Assembly (NCBI GenBank): GCA_030141605.1
Contig: JAQGDQ010000465.1
Location: 1 to 64,000 of the forward strand
DNA from: Tubiluchus corallicola
Lineage: Eukaryota; Animalia; Priapulida
Reading direction: 5' to 3'
Length of the DNA stretch: 64,000 nucleotides
Of this stretch, positions 13,001 through 28,100 are shown piece after piece. The translations under genes were made by a program, and so were the position numbers. The notes beneath the pieces were generated by a model. The model searched no databases. It had not been told where the DNA came from and saw only the letters and a list, made by a program, of their open reading frames with translations. Each line of letters opens with the position of its first letter. Within the stretch, counting starts at the first letter, position 1.

Positions 13001-16000
13001 TCCACGAACTCTCAACATAATGGCAACATTTGCTTAAATTTTTAAAATTACTACTCGTATTTAATTTTTGGTACAATTGTATAATGTATTGGTGTTATTG
13101 TAAAGCAAATTTTACATACTGGTCTACTAGATTCTAAATCTAACTTACGGGTTTCGATGGGGTATGTCCGGCATTTCCGGTGCTGATAGATGTACATTGC
13201 ACTCATGTCACGTTGAGTCCGGATTGTTTAGTGCAACAAAGATCCCTAACTTAACTACTTCGTTGCCCGATAAAAGTTACTATTAACAGTTACTCGTAAA
13301 TTTAAATCTGCTGTTGAATTTGCAAATTCATCTATTTGTAGAGACGCGCAGGGTCTGACTCCGGGAGATCCGAACTACGATCCACGCACCTTACACATAC
13401 CGGAAAGTTTCAAGAAGACGTTAACTCCGGTAAGCGCATATTGTCATCAATATTGTCATACAACAGCAGTAAAATTTGTAGTATGTATGTGCATGTATTT
13501 ATTGCCAACTGTGGAGTGTTGACTGGGTGACTGGACTCATGACCAGTGTTGCACCACCTTGGACAAATCAAAACCGGTTCCTCTCATTGGGGATGCACCG
13601 AATATTTGGATCACTGAATTTTTCCCCGGGAATGTCAGTACAAAAATCCAGTCCAGTAAACTTCTATTGTAATCACTAAAAGTTTTTCGTGAACTTTCCT
13701 TATATCAAAGTCACATTTTTTAATCATTATCAGATGCATTGAAAATTATATTAAACGAACCAAATATTGTTTATAATGCTTATAAAAATTTATATGAAAA
13801 AAACTGGTAGTAAACAGTGACCATAGCACAACAGCCGACATTTTGTTTTCTGCTTCTGTGTGATAACTCGAGGAATGCAAGGCGCTGTCAGTACACAAAT
13901 CATGCCAATGCGCAGTGGCATGGTGGTTACCGTATTTGCTTAGACACTGCAAAACAAATCAATGAGAACTCGTGTTAGTATATAATTATACGATTGCAGT
14001 TTTGCTTAAATGCTGTTTTTATTGATTGTACAAAATAGTTTAAAATGCTTTTGAAAAATTAGGACACCTTTTATAATACTTAACACTTTACTACATAACC
14101 ATTAAGTAAAATAATAAGAATTTACACAGCTCACCAATCGCAACATGGAGTTTATATTTCTTTCAGTTGGAATTACAAGAAAATTTGGTTCAGTTTCGAT
14201 AAAAAATTTGGTTTGGCTTCGGACCGGTATTTAAATTTAACTTGATAATTTACTCGGAATTCGGTATGTCTGGTAAATGCCGCTTTAGTTCTAGTCCAGA
14301 TTATCGATTTTACAGAATTTGTACTTGATGTCTTCTGATCCAGCTTCTGTAGTAAGCAACCCTTGCAAACGCGGATGGCTTATGCGTGTTGTCGATACAC
14401 GGCACTGCACCCCAGGAGACAATTCCAATTTGGATGTGTTTGGCTCCTTTCTTCTGTACCAAAGGTCCTCCTGAATCACCCTGAGACAAAACCAATGCAA
14501 TGAATTTAGTTTAATCTGAAGTTTTATATTACATTAGCAAACATTCACAAAATTCCCGTGTCAAATATAGTGGTGGAAAATTAGTTTGAAATACAAATAT
14601 TTTTCATACAAACATTTTTATCATAAAATCGAAGCTGTTGTTACATCTACTAAACCTTTGTTCTATAAAAAAATTACCCAAAAACATGACATGACCATAG
14701 TACGCAATTTTTAGTTAGTTTAAACGTAGTTTTTTGTATAACAAGTATTGTAATACGGCTTGAACAGACAGTTTTTAACAGGTGATGAATGTTCTTGTCA
14801 ATGAAATGTAACACTTATTAGAGTGCAGGCAATAGACAAACAGTAGAAGCATTACAGTATTATTACTAGCATTATAGATACATACATAGCATAGTGTTGA
14901 GAATGACATTAATATGACTATGTAATCAATATAAACTAATACAATGTTCACAAGCGCTTAGTTAGAAATATAAATTTCTGTTCAAGCTTAAATACTTGAA
15001 TATTAACAGTGTTGAATTTCATGAAGAAGCAGGTAAACGAGTTCATTTGTCGACTGATTATAAATTCTAATATTATGAGGAATTAACAAAGTACAGAGTT
15101 TGCCTGGTAAAATATCTCGGATTTAGTGATAGAACGGGCAGCTAATTAGAAAATTATTAATTGTTTCAAAAAACAGGGGTGCCATCATGGTTTTTAAATC
15201 CTTTCTAAATCAGGTCAAAGTTTAGTTTAGAAAAGGCAACCCGCATTTGTGTTTGAGGAACAGCTAGTCTACGATCACTATAAGAGTAATTTAGGGCGTT
15301 TGTTGAAACACAGGTGTTTTTTTACCTGTAATTTAAATGACGATAAGTACACACTGTTACGAATGTAGGGGAAGTAAATTCCGTGAATCAATAGCAGAAA
15401 CAAAGAATGAATTAGCCAAATGAAGTTGAACGATGAAAAAGTTTCTAAAATCATCGCCGTTGTACACAACTTTTATTGGGTAATATAGGTTTTACACGTC
15501 AAATGTAGACCTACGTTAACTCAAATGTGTCTTGGTAACTTAAATGTAGACTTTGGCAGTTCAAATGTGTCAACAATGGTTTTCAACAAATCTTAAGCAT
15601 TTTTGGGAAGTCAAATGTCCTATGTCTACATTTGACTTACCTAAGTCACATTTGAACTTTCCTGTGTCTACATTTGACGTGTAAAACCTATATAATATTT
15701 CATTGCAGATGAAAGTTGTCAATCATTAAATGCGCTGATGCCTCCAATGGTATGTGTGCAATAAAGGGCCATTAATCATCACATATAATCTAGTTCTATA
15801 AGGATTGTTCGTTGCTATCTTGACAATTAATAAAGCTACTCAAACTAATTGCTGCTTCTATAAGTTTTTCTTCGCCTGACGTACTTAATCCAGGTGTGTC
15901 CCGCTATATTGCGTTTTTTTGTGAACTGAGCCACTTGCAAAGCCGAGGTGTGATAGGAGGACGAAAACAGACGAACGTATCCAGATTTAGTTTATAGCTC

Positions 16001-19000
16001 GATGTAATAAATGTACGTAAGTTGCTCCCACAAAATTACTTAAAGTAAGATGTAAAGCTGTGGGGTAGAGTACTGCAACAGTTTGGGCTTTAGTTTAGTT
16101 GTTATGATGAACCTTGAATATAAGTGTACATGTGAAAGTCATGGTTAAAGTTGTAGATCACTCACTTTGTAGAACAAGAATAAAAAACTATACTGCATAT
16201 TTGCACAGAAAAGTGTTTATTAAACTACATACACATAAGTAGAATGACTGCTGCACTGAACACTGAGAATGAGAGTGTCCTGCACTGAACACTGAGAGTT
16301 AGACAGTGACTAGAAAGTAAATCCAGTCAGTATATATAGGTATAGGTGACTATGCATACTTGTACAGGCTTCACAAAACCATTACTGTAAAATAGGGAGA
16401 GATCCAGTGAATATGCATTCACTGGACCGTACAATTATACTGGGGGTGAGTTAGCTAGTAAAATGTAAAAGGATTAGTTCATAGATGGCAGCACGTAAAA
16501 AATGTACAATTACAACTTCCACAGTACAGTTAGTTTTGTGAACGCACGTTCATTCTTTAACTTACCGAGCATACATCTTGCTTATGATTGGCCATGTTAG
16601 CATCGGATGCGCATAACACGCTTGGCCTTATCCTGCCAGGCCATATATGCATGCACTCTTCCTGAGATAGGATCAACAGCTCTGCTTCGATCAGCTGATC
16701 GGATACTTTCCCCTCTGTAATAAAAACATTGAGGAAAATCAACAGACAGAAGAACCCGTAAAATTTTGAGTGAATTTTGACTAGTTTTCAATGATTCTCT
16801 TTAAAGCAAAACTGCACCCAATGTTAAACTGGAGGTCAAAGCAATCTGCTGTTTAAAATATTGAAAGGAAACGTACTATTTTTTCAAAAATAACTTACGT
16901 GAAAGAACTATTATCACACAAACACAATTTCACGTTCATGTCACTAGTTATACGGTCTGCCCTTCGGAAACCCATTGCACAAAAACAGGTGCTGTACATC
17001 TCATTTCAGATGTGTTAGTTTGTGACGAACTGCCCACATTCAACAACTTACGCATGAGCACAGTGGTAAATTTGAAATTTTTATCTTAAAACTTGCCTAG
17101 TTTTAGTACAACACACTGATTTTCTTACAGTTTCACTGTACTTCAATTTTCTCTTTCACAAACACATGCAACACACTCGTGTAATATTTTTGCTGTTCAA
17201 AATTATGTCAGTTTGTGATGTTTAGTTTGGCTCTCCCGCCTTTAATCAAGTTTTCCAGGATACAAACTCAGGGCAACCGGTTTTTGCACAATTTGATGCT
17301 CTACATTAAGCAATAATAACAATGACATTGCTTTAGAATCACTGATAAAACAGCAAAAATTTTACTTTTGAAATCACAAATAAACATTTGAAATATTCAC
17401 ACACCATTAGTCAAGAGAAATAAATGAGACAAAGGCTTCCATTTTGCATGATGCTTTCCATTTTCAGTTTTAACTCAAAATCTTTTTTTTGAACTTTATA
17501 AAAGTTTATCATTTTGTTTTGACAAATAAATCAGTTTTAGATGTCGTGGCCTTTTTGTCTGTTATCCTTTCATTATTTCCTATGGCACTTTAGATTTTCG
17601 TTGTATTTTAAATGATTTTAAAACTTCTTTCTCGTGTTCGTGCTAACTGAATCATTTTCATTTCAATCGAGCTCAGATGCCAAGTCATTCTGTAGTATGA
17701 CTTTCTTTTTACGATTTTTTTTGTCTATGTTGTTTTTCTTTTAGTTAACATATGTGTTTTTAACGTAATTTAGGTTTTACATGTCAAATGCAGACCTACG
17801 TTAACTCAAATGTAGATTTAGGCAATTCAAATGTGTCTTGGTAACTCAAATGTAGACTTTGGTAACTCAAATGTGTTAACAATGGTTTTCAAGAAATCTT
17901 AAGCGCTTTTGGTAAGTCAAATGTAGACACATGTCAAGTCAAATGTGACGTTGGTATCTCGAGTGTGGATAGGTGTTAAAGTTTAAGGATGTTAAATTTA
18001 ATCTTCTTTAATTTCAATTTGATAATTGCTCCTAAGTTAAAATAACAACGTTATAGGCCTACTAATAGATGCACTATCTTTGGTTTATCTTTTTCTAATT
18101 TGCACTTTAATGAGTTAATTACCGATTTATTCAAAGTAATGCATCTACATTTGACTTACCTAAGTCACATTTGAGTTACCAAAACACATTCGAAATTCCT
18201 ATGTCTACATTTGACTTACCTAAGTCACATTTGAACTTTCCTGTGTCTATATTTGACGTGTAAAACCTATTGTAACCGTAGTATTACCGTTGCGAGTCTG
18301 TTGTTATTCCTATTGTTGTTATAGTTTACCTTCCGTGTAACCCCATCCTGAAATATATGCTGTTTCTCCTGTGTGGTCATTGATTGCGTCCATGTCTATT
18401 TCGACTGGTTGTATTTCATCGGTAAATGTTATTGGCTGTTGCAAATTCAACACGGCTACGTCATTATCCGTCAGTCCGTTTATATCATATTGTTCATGCT
18501 TGTGTATTTTGGCTACCTAAAAAACAAAAGACTCAATAGCTATTGTTATATGCCTTCAGAGTAAACATGGTTAATTGAACAAATCCGAAGTGACTGTTAG
18601 AAGTTCTGGTTGCTTCTTGTGTCACGTAATTTGACCAATGCGAAATTAATGTCTTACTGCACTGGTAAAGAGCGTAATCACACTTCTGCACTTCTCCTAA
18701 TAGTGACAGGATATGACACATATGATTGACAACAGTGTAAACTGGGGCTTAGTGGTTTTATGTTGCTGCCGTTTTCTTGTATCTGTACTGTTCGATTTTC
18801 AGAAATACATTATTTTAGGCATTTTTGTAACGTCGTTGTGGCGTGGAGCCCCCGTACTTTCCTGTGAAGGAAATCATGTGTCGCAAGACAGGGCTAGCTG
18901 AGCTTCCCGGGTCTGTTAGACTTTCAGTTCATTATACAGTAGACGCCGCTTAATAGACTCACGGCTAATAGACTCATTCGCTCAATTGACTCAATATTTT

Positions 19001-22000
19001 TCCTTCACCTACTTAAAATCAGACATTTGTATGTGCCCAAACAGCCTTTCCTACTTTTATGCAATCTTTACTTCCCTTTTGTGCTTTATATATGTAGAAA
19101 CAATCATGTTAAGTACAGTTTTGTTTGTAAACAGGTACGTTTATCATGCGCTAATATGCTAGCCTAACGATTTTGCTTTGAATCTGCTACCCGCTCGCCC
19201 ACTGCAATTAACCTCATTACCCAAGGAATTTCTAGAAGCTAAACATTTAATCACTTTGCCATTCAGGCCACTTCGCAAATAACCGATGACGAAATCCTCA
19301 CCATTGCAAGGAGGAGTCAAGAAAAACCTAAAGAGGCCATTTGCGAGGAAACCACTTGCGAGGAAACAAGGGCACCACCAACTACATTTCAAGCACGCCA
19401 AGCGTTAAATGTTTTACGGCAATACGTGCATCACACACGGCAACAGATTTTCAATGTTTTTATAATTACGAGAGCCAACTTTGTGGGCCAACTTCTTCGC
19501 GAGAAAATTGATTAAAAGCCTTTGCAGTGCATAGTAAGCTGATATCTCACACTTCTATAGCAGTGATGCTACACCCATTGGTTAATAGGTTCAGTCGGTT
19601 AATTGGGTCAAAACACGTCAGTCCTAAAGTGAGTCTATTAAGCGGCGCCTACTGCAGCTTGATCTGATGTCACTCAGCTTCTTGGTTCTTTAGCTACTTC
19701 ATTCATTGATCTTTTACCCCATTAACTTTTGTCCATTGGTTTTGCTAGCTCGTTGGTCTCAACACGTTGATTGCGCCCTCAATCCACCGATCCTTAATTA
19801 ATACTCATAAACCGAGAGTCCCACCAGGCGACGCTAGAACGTTTTTTCCGCAGGCTGTTTGATCAAAATTTCGAAAAAATCGCGAGTTGGGTCCGGGAAA
19901 ATGCCCGTTACAGGACGCCGTAGCCCTCTCGCGAATTCTAAATACGCCTACTACACCCACCGCAGAACAGGCTATCTATCCATCCCCGGCCCGTTCCCGT
20001 TCTTCAGAAATAAGAGGTATAAGTTTTGCAAAAAACGGCCGAAAAATGGCCATTTTTGGAGGTTTTTCGCCCCCCGTTCATCCCGGTGGGCCCGATTCGA
20101 AAAATAAACCCCCAATGAGACGACATATATATATAAAGCCCATACCAAGAATATTAATATAATAGATTTGGAACCTAAAATGAACTGTTGGTAATTGATT
20201 TGTAAGATATGTAGATTGAATCAAGACCAGTCAAAATTGCTAGAGCTAAGAAGTCTAATGTTGTGGGAATCAACTTCTAATTGAAAAGCTTTTCATTTTT
20301 TTCTCTTCACATTTCCTTCCTTTCCAACAAGTTTGGTTTCAATAATTGGGGTCAAGTCTGTCATCAATAAATAATCTTGAAATCAAGATTGCGAATAAAT
20401 AAATGTTTGGATACGTACCTGAATAGTGACGCCTCCTTCGTGATGATCTAATCGCCCTGCTGCTATAGAGAAAAACGTTGGATAACCTTCGTACCTGTTG
20501 AAAAGAAATTCAGCCAACTTTGATTTGATATACTGTTTTGAAAGTAAACTGTTTATTTGCTATGCTACTCGATTTTTTGACAATGTTGGGCATGCTCGAT
20601 AAGTTTTTCAGACTATTTATTATCCAGTGGCTATCTTACCTGTGCACACAGTGACCAGCAGTCAACACATCCATGTTGCTTATTAGTGATGCTCCACAAA
20701 TGTATTTGCTTCCTCTGAATAAAGCCACCTTTAAATAAATAACATTCAACCAGTCAATTTGACACTTTCTAATATATGTGCACTGTTGTAGCTGTTGGTT
20801 GGACGGCCCAGTTTAGTTGACCTTTATTCTCAGCCTCAACCAATCAGTGTTACATTCTTATATATGTGCACTATAGCTAATTAGTGGACGGCTTAGCTCA
20901 GTCCACCTTTATTCTCAGCCACAACCAATCAGTCTGACACTCTTATATATGTGCACTGTAGCTAATGATGGGACAGGTCAACTCAGTTGACCTTTATTCT
21001 CAGCCACAACCAATCAGTCTGACATTGTAAGACATGTGAACTGTAGCTAATGCTTGGACGGCTTAGCTCAGTCAACCTTTATTCTCAACCACAACCAATC
21101 AGTCTGACACTCTTATATATGTACGCTGTAGCTAATGATGGGACAGTTCAACTCAGTTGACCTTTATTCTCAGCCACAACCAAGTCTGACATTGTAAGAC
21201 ATGTGCACTGTAGCTAATTAGTGGACGGCTTAGCTCAGTCAACCTTTATTTTCAGCCGCATCTGTTTGTATTTCCTCCCTCATTCTCGGAGACCACTAAT
21301 CCAATTTCACTCAAACTTGTGCAGCAGGTAGGGTCTCAGCTCGGGTAGTGCAGCGAAAAAAGGTGGTCACCATGGTGATGACGGTTGCCTAGCAACCACC
21401 GAATGCTTCTAAAACTGGTATTTTTCTCGCTTCACAATCTCTCTCAGAACCACGGATAATTATCTAAACATTGTCTGGGCCAAAATTTGGGATTTTCTAA
21501 CATGCCTGCCATTGTACATAGAGCATTTCTCATTTACAGAAGGTACTCGGCATCTGTTTTTATGGTAACTTTGAAATCTGACTGCTGTGACGACTTCATC
21601 ATTACTTCCAGGCTGAGCCAAGCCATCCGAACCATCGGAACTACTATCAGCCACCCAACTTGTGCTATGGCATGGCTCTATCTCTTCCGCTGTGTCTGTT
21701 AGTTGTGTTACCAGGATACCTACAGACTGTACAGCCCATTATGGAAACCAAAATTTGTAGGTCCTGTTTGAACCGAAGTACCTATGCTACTTTTGAGTGA
21801 TGTTTCAAACTGTTTACCTGATGAGGGAAATCACCGGTGTCAGCTTCCGTACCATACATAATTCTGCTTGCTCTTTTCTGCAGCCTCATGTAGGTACCAA
21901 CTACAACATGTCGAATGCAATGAGTACAAATATAGATACATATTATCAGTAGGAACTCTGTCTTTTAACTAATAATTATTTTCAATTGTTTTGTCGGTTA

Positions 22001-22116
22001 CGCCAGCTTTTATGAAATGTGCTTAATAACAGTGTATAGAGTGCAGTACTTTATATCTCTTCATTGCAAAAGGTTTGTTTTCACAGCGTTTAAGCAGCTT
22101 CTCAGTCAAAAAATTG

Positions 22117-22163
<47 letters not shown>

Positions 22164-25100
22164 CTTTTATTTATCTTTTAACACACGCACAGTTATAATA
22201 CAATTAATTTGGCAACAAAAATGTGAAGAAAGGGCAGCGAAAGACCAATTGGTCATCTATTCAGCTGCCCTTTGGTTAGTGATGAACATTTTTTATAGGC
22301 ACTATGCTACAGTGTATTAGTGTTAGTACTGCTTATAATAAAAACTAAATTGTTATGAATGACATTAAATTGATATGCTTATAACGTGTTAGTACAATTC
22401 ATACACAGTAATAATAAGTGCATAATAATAATAATAATAATAATAATAAAATCAAACTGAAAATAACTGAAATAAGAACTGAAATAAAAATCTGACAACA
22501 AATCTGATAACGAAAGGTATCTCCTACTCTACTCAATGCTAAAATTGTTAAGTGTCTTACAAGAAATTTGTTTAAAACTATAAAATGAGTTTACATTATT
22601 AGTGACTGGAATTCACTGTAAGAATCAACATTGACGTTTCTCAAAGTTTACCCTACCTGTTTGTACGCTTTCATCAATTTCATTTTTGTAGTCATCAGCC
22701 ACACAGATGCATCCAAGTAAAAGCACCGTAAAATTTACGTAACGCATTTTAGTTTTAATTATGTTGGTTATGATGACATTTGTAATCACTTGCGAATATT
22801 TTAGCAAGGGTATGAATTTTCCTGGCGCTCTGCGAGTGTGCACTTCCAATGTTTTTCGAAACTTTTGCCAAGTCTGTTAAGATTACCACAACAACGCCTT
22901 GTATTGTTTGCCGTGTAATTTCTTGTCCAGCTGAAGTATTAGATTAAGATTAATTTGCAAACATTGTAACCATGTGGGCAAACAATGGTTTGCGACATAC
23001 TGGAATAGAACGAAGTGCCGGGCAGCCTACTTGCCTTATAGAGTTCAGTTTTGTTAAAAAATAACTATTCAGTTACTTTGTCAACGTTAACTAGCTAAGT
23101 TGCAGGTTATTATGTATTTAGAATAGTTATTATGTATTAGTTACTTAATATATATTTATCATTATATATTTGTATCAATATTAGTTATCATTATGTATTA
23201 TATATATAATTATTATTATACATATTATATCATTATATATATTAATTATTATGTATTTATCCTTTAGAATGAAGTGTTTGTTGCAGGTACAAATGTTTTT
23301 GTCCATTACCCCTTCTCAAGGTAGTATGCATTAGAAGCCACAATATATTAGACTGTAGCTCAACCTCTAGACTACTTTTTCTACTCTGACATTATATAGG
23401 TGGAACTTGTTATGTACACACGTCTCTGTTTCATTTAAAATTTGACTTGTAATTATGCTGCTACCTTTTACTGACATTCTGGCTTTTTCTCGACTCAATA
23501 TTGGACCAACAATGTATGTATGCATTTTAGCTTTTTAGTGTAACGTAGTAATCTGTAGCACTTATTTTCTAGCACTTATTTCAGTAGTTTTTGTAGAGGT
23601 AGTAATTGTAGACTATAGAAAATTTGTATTTTTGCAAAATAAACTAACATAGATATGTTCTATCACAGTGTTCTCATGATTGGTCACAAAATTTTGTTTA
23701 GGAAACCATGTTTCATTGACTTTTGTTGCTCATTTACTAAAAGTTCTCTCTTTTGCTTCCTAACCACCACCAGTTTGTACAGAGTGCTACACGACTTTGA
23801 AGTTGACTTTCCTGAGTCCAGAACAATATTTCTCTATTAACCATGCCCGACTTCTTAAAGCACTTTAAGAAAAAACAAATAAGATACAGAATTTCTGGCC
23901 CTGTGTTCATATTTTGATTTTTTATGTGGTAATTTGACTTTTGTATAAAAAGTTATAATATGAATTATAAATAATATTGATGTAAGATAGGTCCAGCTGG
24001 TGTAAATCAGTATGTCCAGCGTTTGTACTCAGAACTGACTGTACTTTTCATCCTATCGGTTTCTTAAATGTTTTTGTATGTTGAACTCTGTATATGTTTA
24101 GCACAATTATTAACAGGTCATTTTCATTTTGTAGGCACTCAGACAATGGTGGGAGATGAAAGCTAAACACTTTGACACGATACTTTTCTTCAAGGCAGGT
24201 GTATTCTCTCTATTTATATTATTCACGTCTTACTTTTCTCATAATTAATAATAATTGTGTAATAAATGGAAAGTATTAAAAGAAAACCAACACTAATAAC
24301 ATTGTATTTTAATATACAATTGAAAATATTAAAATTACTACATAATATGTACATAAAATGCTTAAAATTGCAAAAGAAATTTAGCGGCCAAGCGAACCTC
24401 GCTGCTGGCATATTCGGAAAAATGATGTAAGCTGTTTACAGCATGAAGGCACACACGGCAAAACTTCTGTTGTTTACTCAAAAATTTTGTTTGTGTGCAT
24501 GCACAGCAAAATCGTCCATAAGTCGGCACTTGGGCTTTTCTAGTTATTCACACGTCCTGAATCTCCATTTCTTGATGATCATTTTGATACCAAGTTCATC
24601 TCTCTATATTATTCCTAAGCTGAAATAATCCATGTTGAAGATGAGGTGCAGGCTATGCACTGAAAAACTTAATCTTGAGAAAATCGCTGTTAAAGTCAGC
24701 CACTATTTTTTGTCGTGTTTCTGTAGATAAGCTTTTCTACTTATTCACGTATCCTCAATCTCCATTTCATGAAGATCATTTTGATACCAAGCTCATCGCT
24801 CTATGTTATTTCTAAGCTGAGATAATCCACATTGAATTTGAAGTGCACTTCACCTGCACGAAAAAACATAATCTTGAGAAAATCACTGTTAGAGTTAGCC
24901 ATTGTTTTTTGTCGCATTTCTACAAAACACTTAACAACCGCACAAATGTTGTTTGCTATGGACTTTGCAAGAACACATTGATGTTACATTTAAATTCGGT
25001 AGATGGCTCTTTCTGACAAAGATCTGGGCTTAGCAACAGGAAAAACCCGAAACAAACTGATTGCTTCCATGAGCTACTATCAGAGTTTGAAAATACAAGT

Positions 25101-28100
25101 TTTTCTCAATTGTAGTATTAGTTCCTACACAGAAAAATGAGAGTGGGGTTATAAAATTAGATTTTTAGTATTTTTTAAACATTTTCTTGACAATTTGATA
25201 CTAGAACATTAAAGTCCAATGTATTTAGCATTTGTTTTTATAAAAAAAAAAATTGACAATTCACCAAACTTTGGTGCATTCTACTTTGAAGCATCATAAC
25301 GTAGTTTTAACTCTGCCAACTTATGGATGTTTTTGGTTTGCAAGCCACACATTTATCAACTATTCTAGCTTATTAAATATTTGAGTGTAACTGTAAGTCC
25401 ACAGGATTATACCTGAAAATGCATAAGTACTATAGTACAGATAAGCTTGAAATTCTGTGTGACATACAGTAGGTGCGAGGCAGACTACTTAACTTATAGA
25501 GTTCAGTTTTAGCTTTTATTCGGTTACTTTGCCGAGTTAACTAGCCGACTTGGAGATTATTATCATTGGTAACTGGTTTTTATCACAGCAATGTGATTAA
25601 AATCAAAACGCAATAAAACAGCATTAATAATCTGTCATTTGACATTTCCGAGTGTTTATATTGCACAGCAACTGTTTGACTTCATTTTTTGTTCAAAATC
25701 AGCGTACCAAAGTGTGAAATAATCACAACTTTGATTTGATTTTACTAATTACATAAGGTGCTTATCACAGCTTTTGTTGCCCAAAGCATTCAAACATTTT
25801 TCTCAAATATTAAAATCCGATCAACTTTCCAAGAGCCTTGGTTTTTGCTTTGAAATACTTGACATGTTACTGACCTGCAGTTTGATCCGTGACTATAGCA
25901 CGAATGCGCTCGTCTGGTCGATATGAAAGCGCTCGGTTTGAAATTTACCGCTGGGTGTTTTTTTTCAGTGCTGCCCTCTACCACGCTTCGTAATTGATTC
26001 GGCTAAATTCTTGTAATACTACTTGTAGGTTGGAAAGTTCTACGAACTCTATCACATGGACGCTGTGACGTGTGCGGATGTATTGGGACTCACTTTCATG
26101 AGGGTAGGTGATTTAGAAAGTGTTTTAGTGAGGCTTTTTCTAGTTAAACTGTTTAGTTTGTAATACAGTGTTTGCTAGCAAATTCTGTCATGAAGCTCAC
26201 GATTTCTTTACCTTATTTTTATTAATTATTAGTTTTTAATTATAATCATTAGTCATATTATTACATTCTCTTGTTAAAACATTAAAAATCCCACACAAGA
26301 AATTTCAGCTTTAAAATAAGTCTATTTCTTTATATACAGTTTAAACTTTCATCCTTGAACTAGTATGCATAACATTTACCTTCATTGAATTGCTGGCTTC
26401 CTTGCTTCATGGAAAATTTTTACCTGGGCAGTTGGTTTTCAGAGATCATCGAGTAAGCATGTGACTTAAACTGAGAGAGAGAGCAATGTATAGTGTCATT
26501 AATGATTTTTAAAATAAAGTTTACGAAACTCACCTGTATTCTACTTGATTTAGTGTCTTAGCAGTTACCTTCAGAACTTCTTCATAAATTTAACTAATTG
26601 AATAAGAATAAGAATCATTTTATTTTGCTCACATGCACTGTATTGGTATTACGTCAACGTACAACAAAAGAATGCCAAATGCGAGGGCGACATACGACCA
26701 TACAGTCCTGTACATGCTGCCCTTATTCTAATATTATACTTTGTAGTATACTGTAGTTGTACAGTATACTAATATTATACTTTGTAGTATACTGTAGTTG
26801 TACAGTATACTAATATTACACTTTGTAGTATACTGTAGTTGTACAGTGTACTAATATTACACTTTGTAGTATACTGTAGTTGTACAGTATACTAATATTA
26901 TTCCTTGTAGTATACAGTAGTTGTACAGTATACTAATATTATTCCTTGTAGTATACAGTAGTTGTACAGTATACTAATATTATTCCTTGTAGTATACTGT
27001 AGTTGTACAGTATACTAATATTATTCCTTGTAGTATACAGTAGTTGTACAGTATACTAATATTATTCCTTGTAGTATACTGTAGTTGTACAGTATACTAA
27101 TATTATACCTTGTAGTATACTGTAGTTGTACAGTATACTAATATTATACTTTGTAGTATACTGTAGTTGTACAGTGTACAGAAATAGTTACTGTCATGTA
27201 GTCTAAAAATTTAATGAAGTAGTGCAGAAATCCTAAAGGACGTTTAATACTTAGAATTGAGAACACCTTTGTAAAGACATAATAAACTAAAAATAGTAGT
27301 AAGCTATAAAGGTGCATATAAACTTACTGTTTACCTATTTTGCTACAGGATGACTGTATATTACTATAAACAATTTCAAATTATTGGAAATATATATATT
27401 TATTTACTTTTGCACGCCATATATATATATATGATGTTTATAGGGTGAGCATGCCCACTGTGGTTTTCCTGAGATAGCCTATGCCCGCTATGCTGACATG
27501 CTAATTCAAAAAGGTTATCGTGTAGCTAGAATAGAGCAAACTGAGACACCTCAGATGATGGAGGAAAGATGTAAAAGCAGTAAGTGAATATATCTGTAAA
27601 AAGTTAATTAAGTAATTACTTTGCGATCTATCAAGTAAAAAAATCTTAATTGTAATGAAGTTTAACGAACAACATGACAAAAATTCTCGTTGTTCTCACT
27701 ACGCACGTCGTTTCACTAAGACATTGCGGTTAGATTGCCATTTTTTCACAGTAAAAATGACTCAACTGTTCAGTTTTCTAAAAAACATGGCTGACTTAGT
27801 GGTTGTTAATTGCTAGTTTGTGAAATCTGAAATATTGCTTTTCTGTTAGATCTTGTATAAGTGAAATCAATATAATTCATGACTTAGCTACCCGAGAAAG
27901 GGACTTCCTGCTTTTTCCCAACAAATTTGTCTGACTGTCAGCTATTCACTTTTACTCAATTTCACTTGTTATAACTCTCTCCAGACCTCTTGCCAACGTG
28001 ACGTACATTACACAACTGTGTGAAATGAATGTTAGTGTAGTCCTTTAAAACTTCAAGTCTGTATGACTCTGCGCAATAAGTCTTCACAGTTTCAGTGATT

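Noticed and set aside
21460-21654. 64-aa minus ORF in protease intron 2 as an extra exon or gene
   Set aside because: No recognisable domain, and protease exons 2 and 3 join in frame without it.
22229-22273. Hammerhead ribozyme (GAAA next to stems, CTGA on the other strand)
   Set aside because: CUGANGA, GAAA and the NUH site do not occur together in the right order on one strand; it fits a LINE 3' stem-loop instead.
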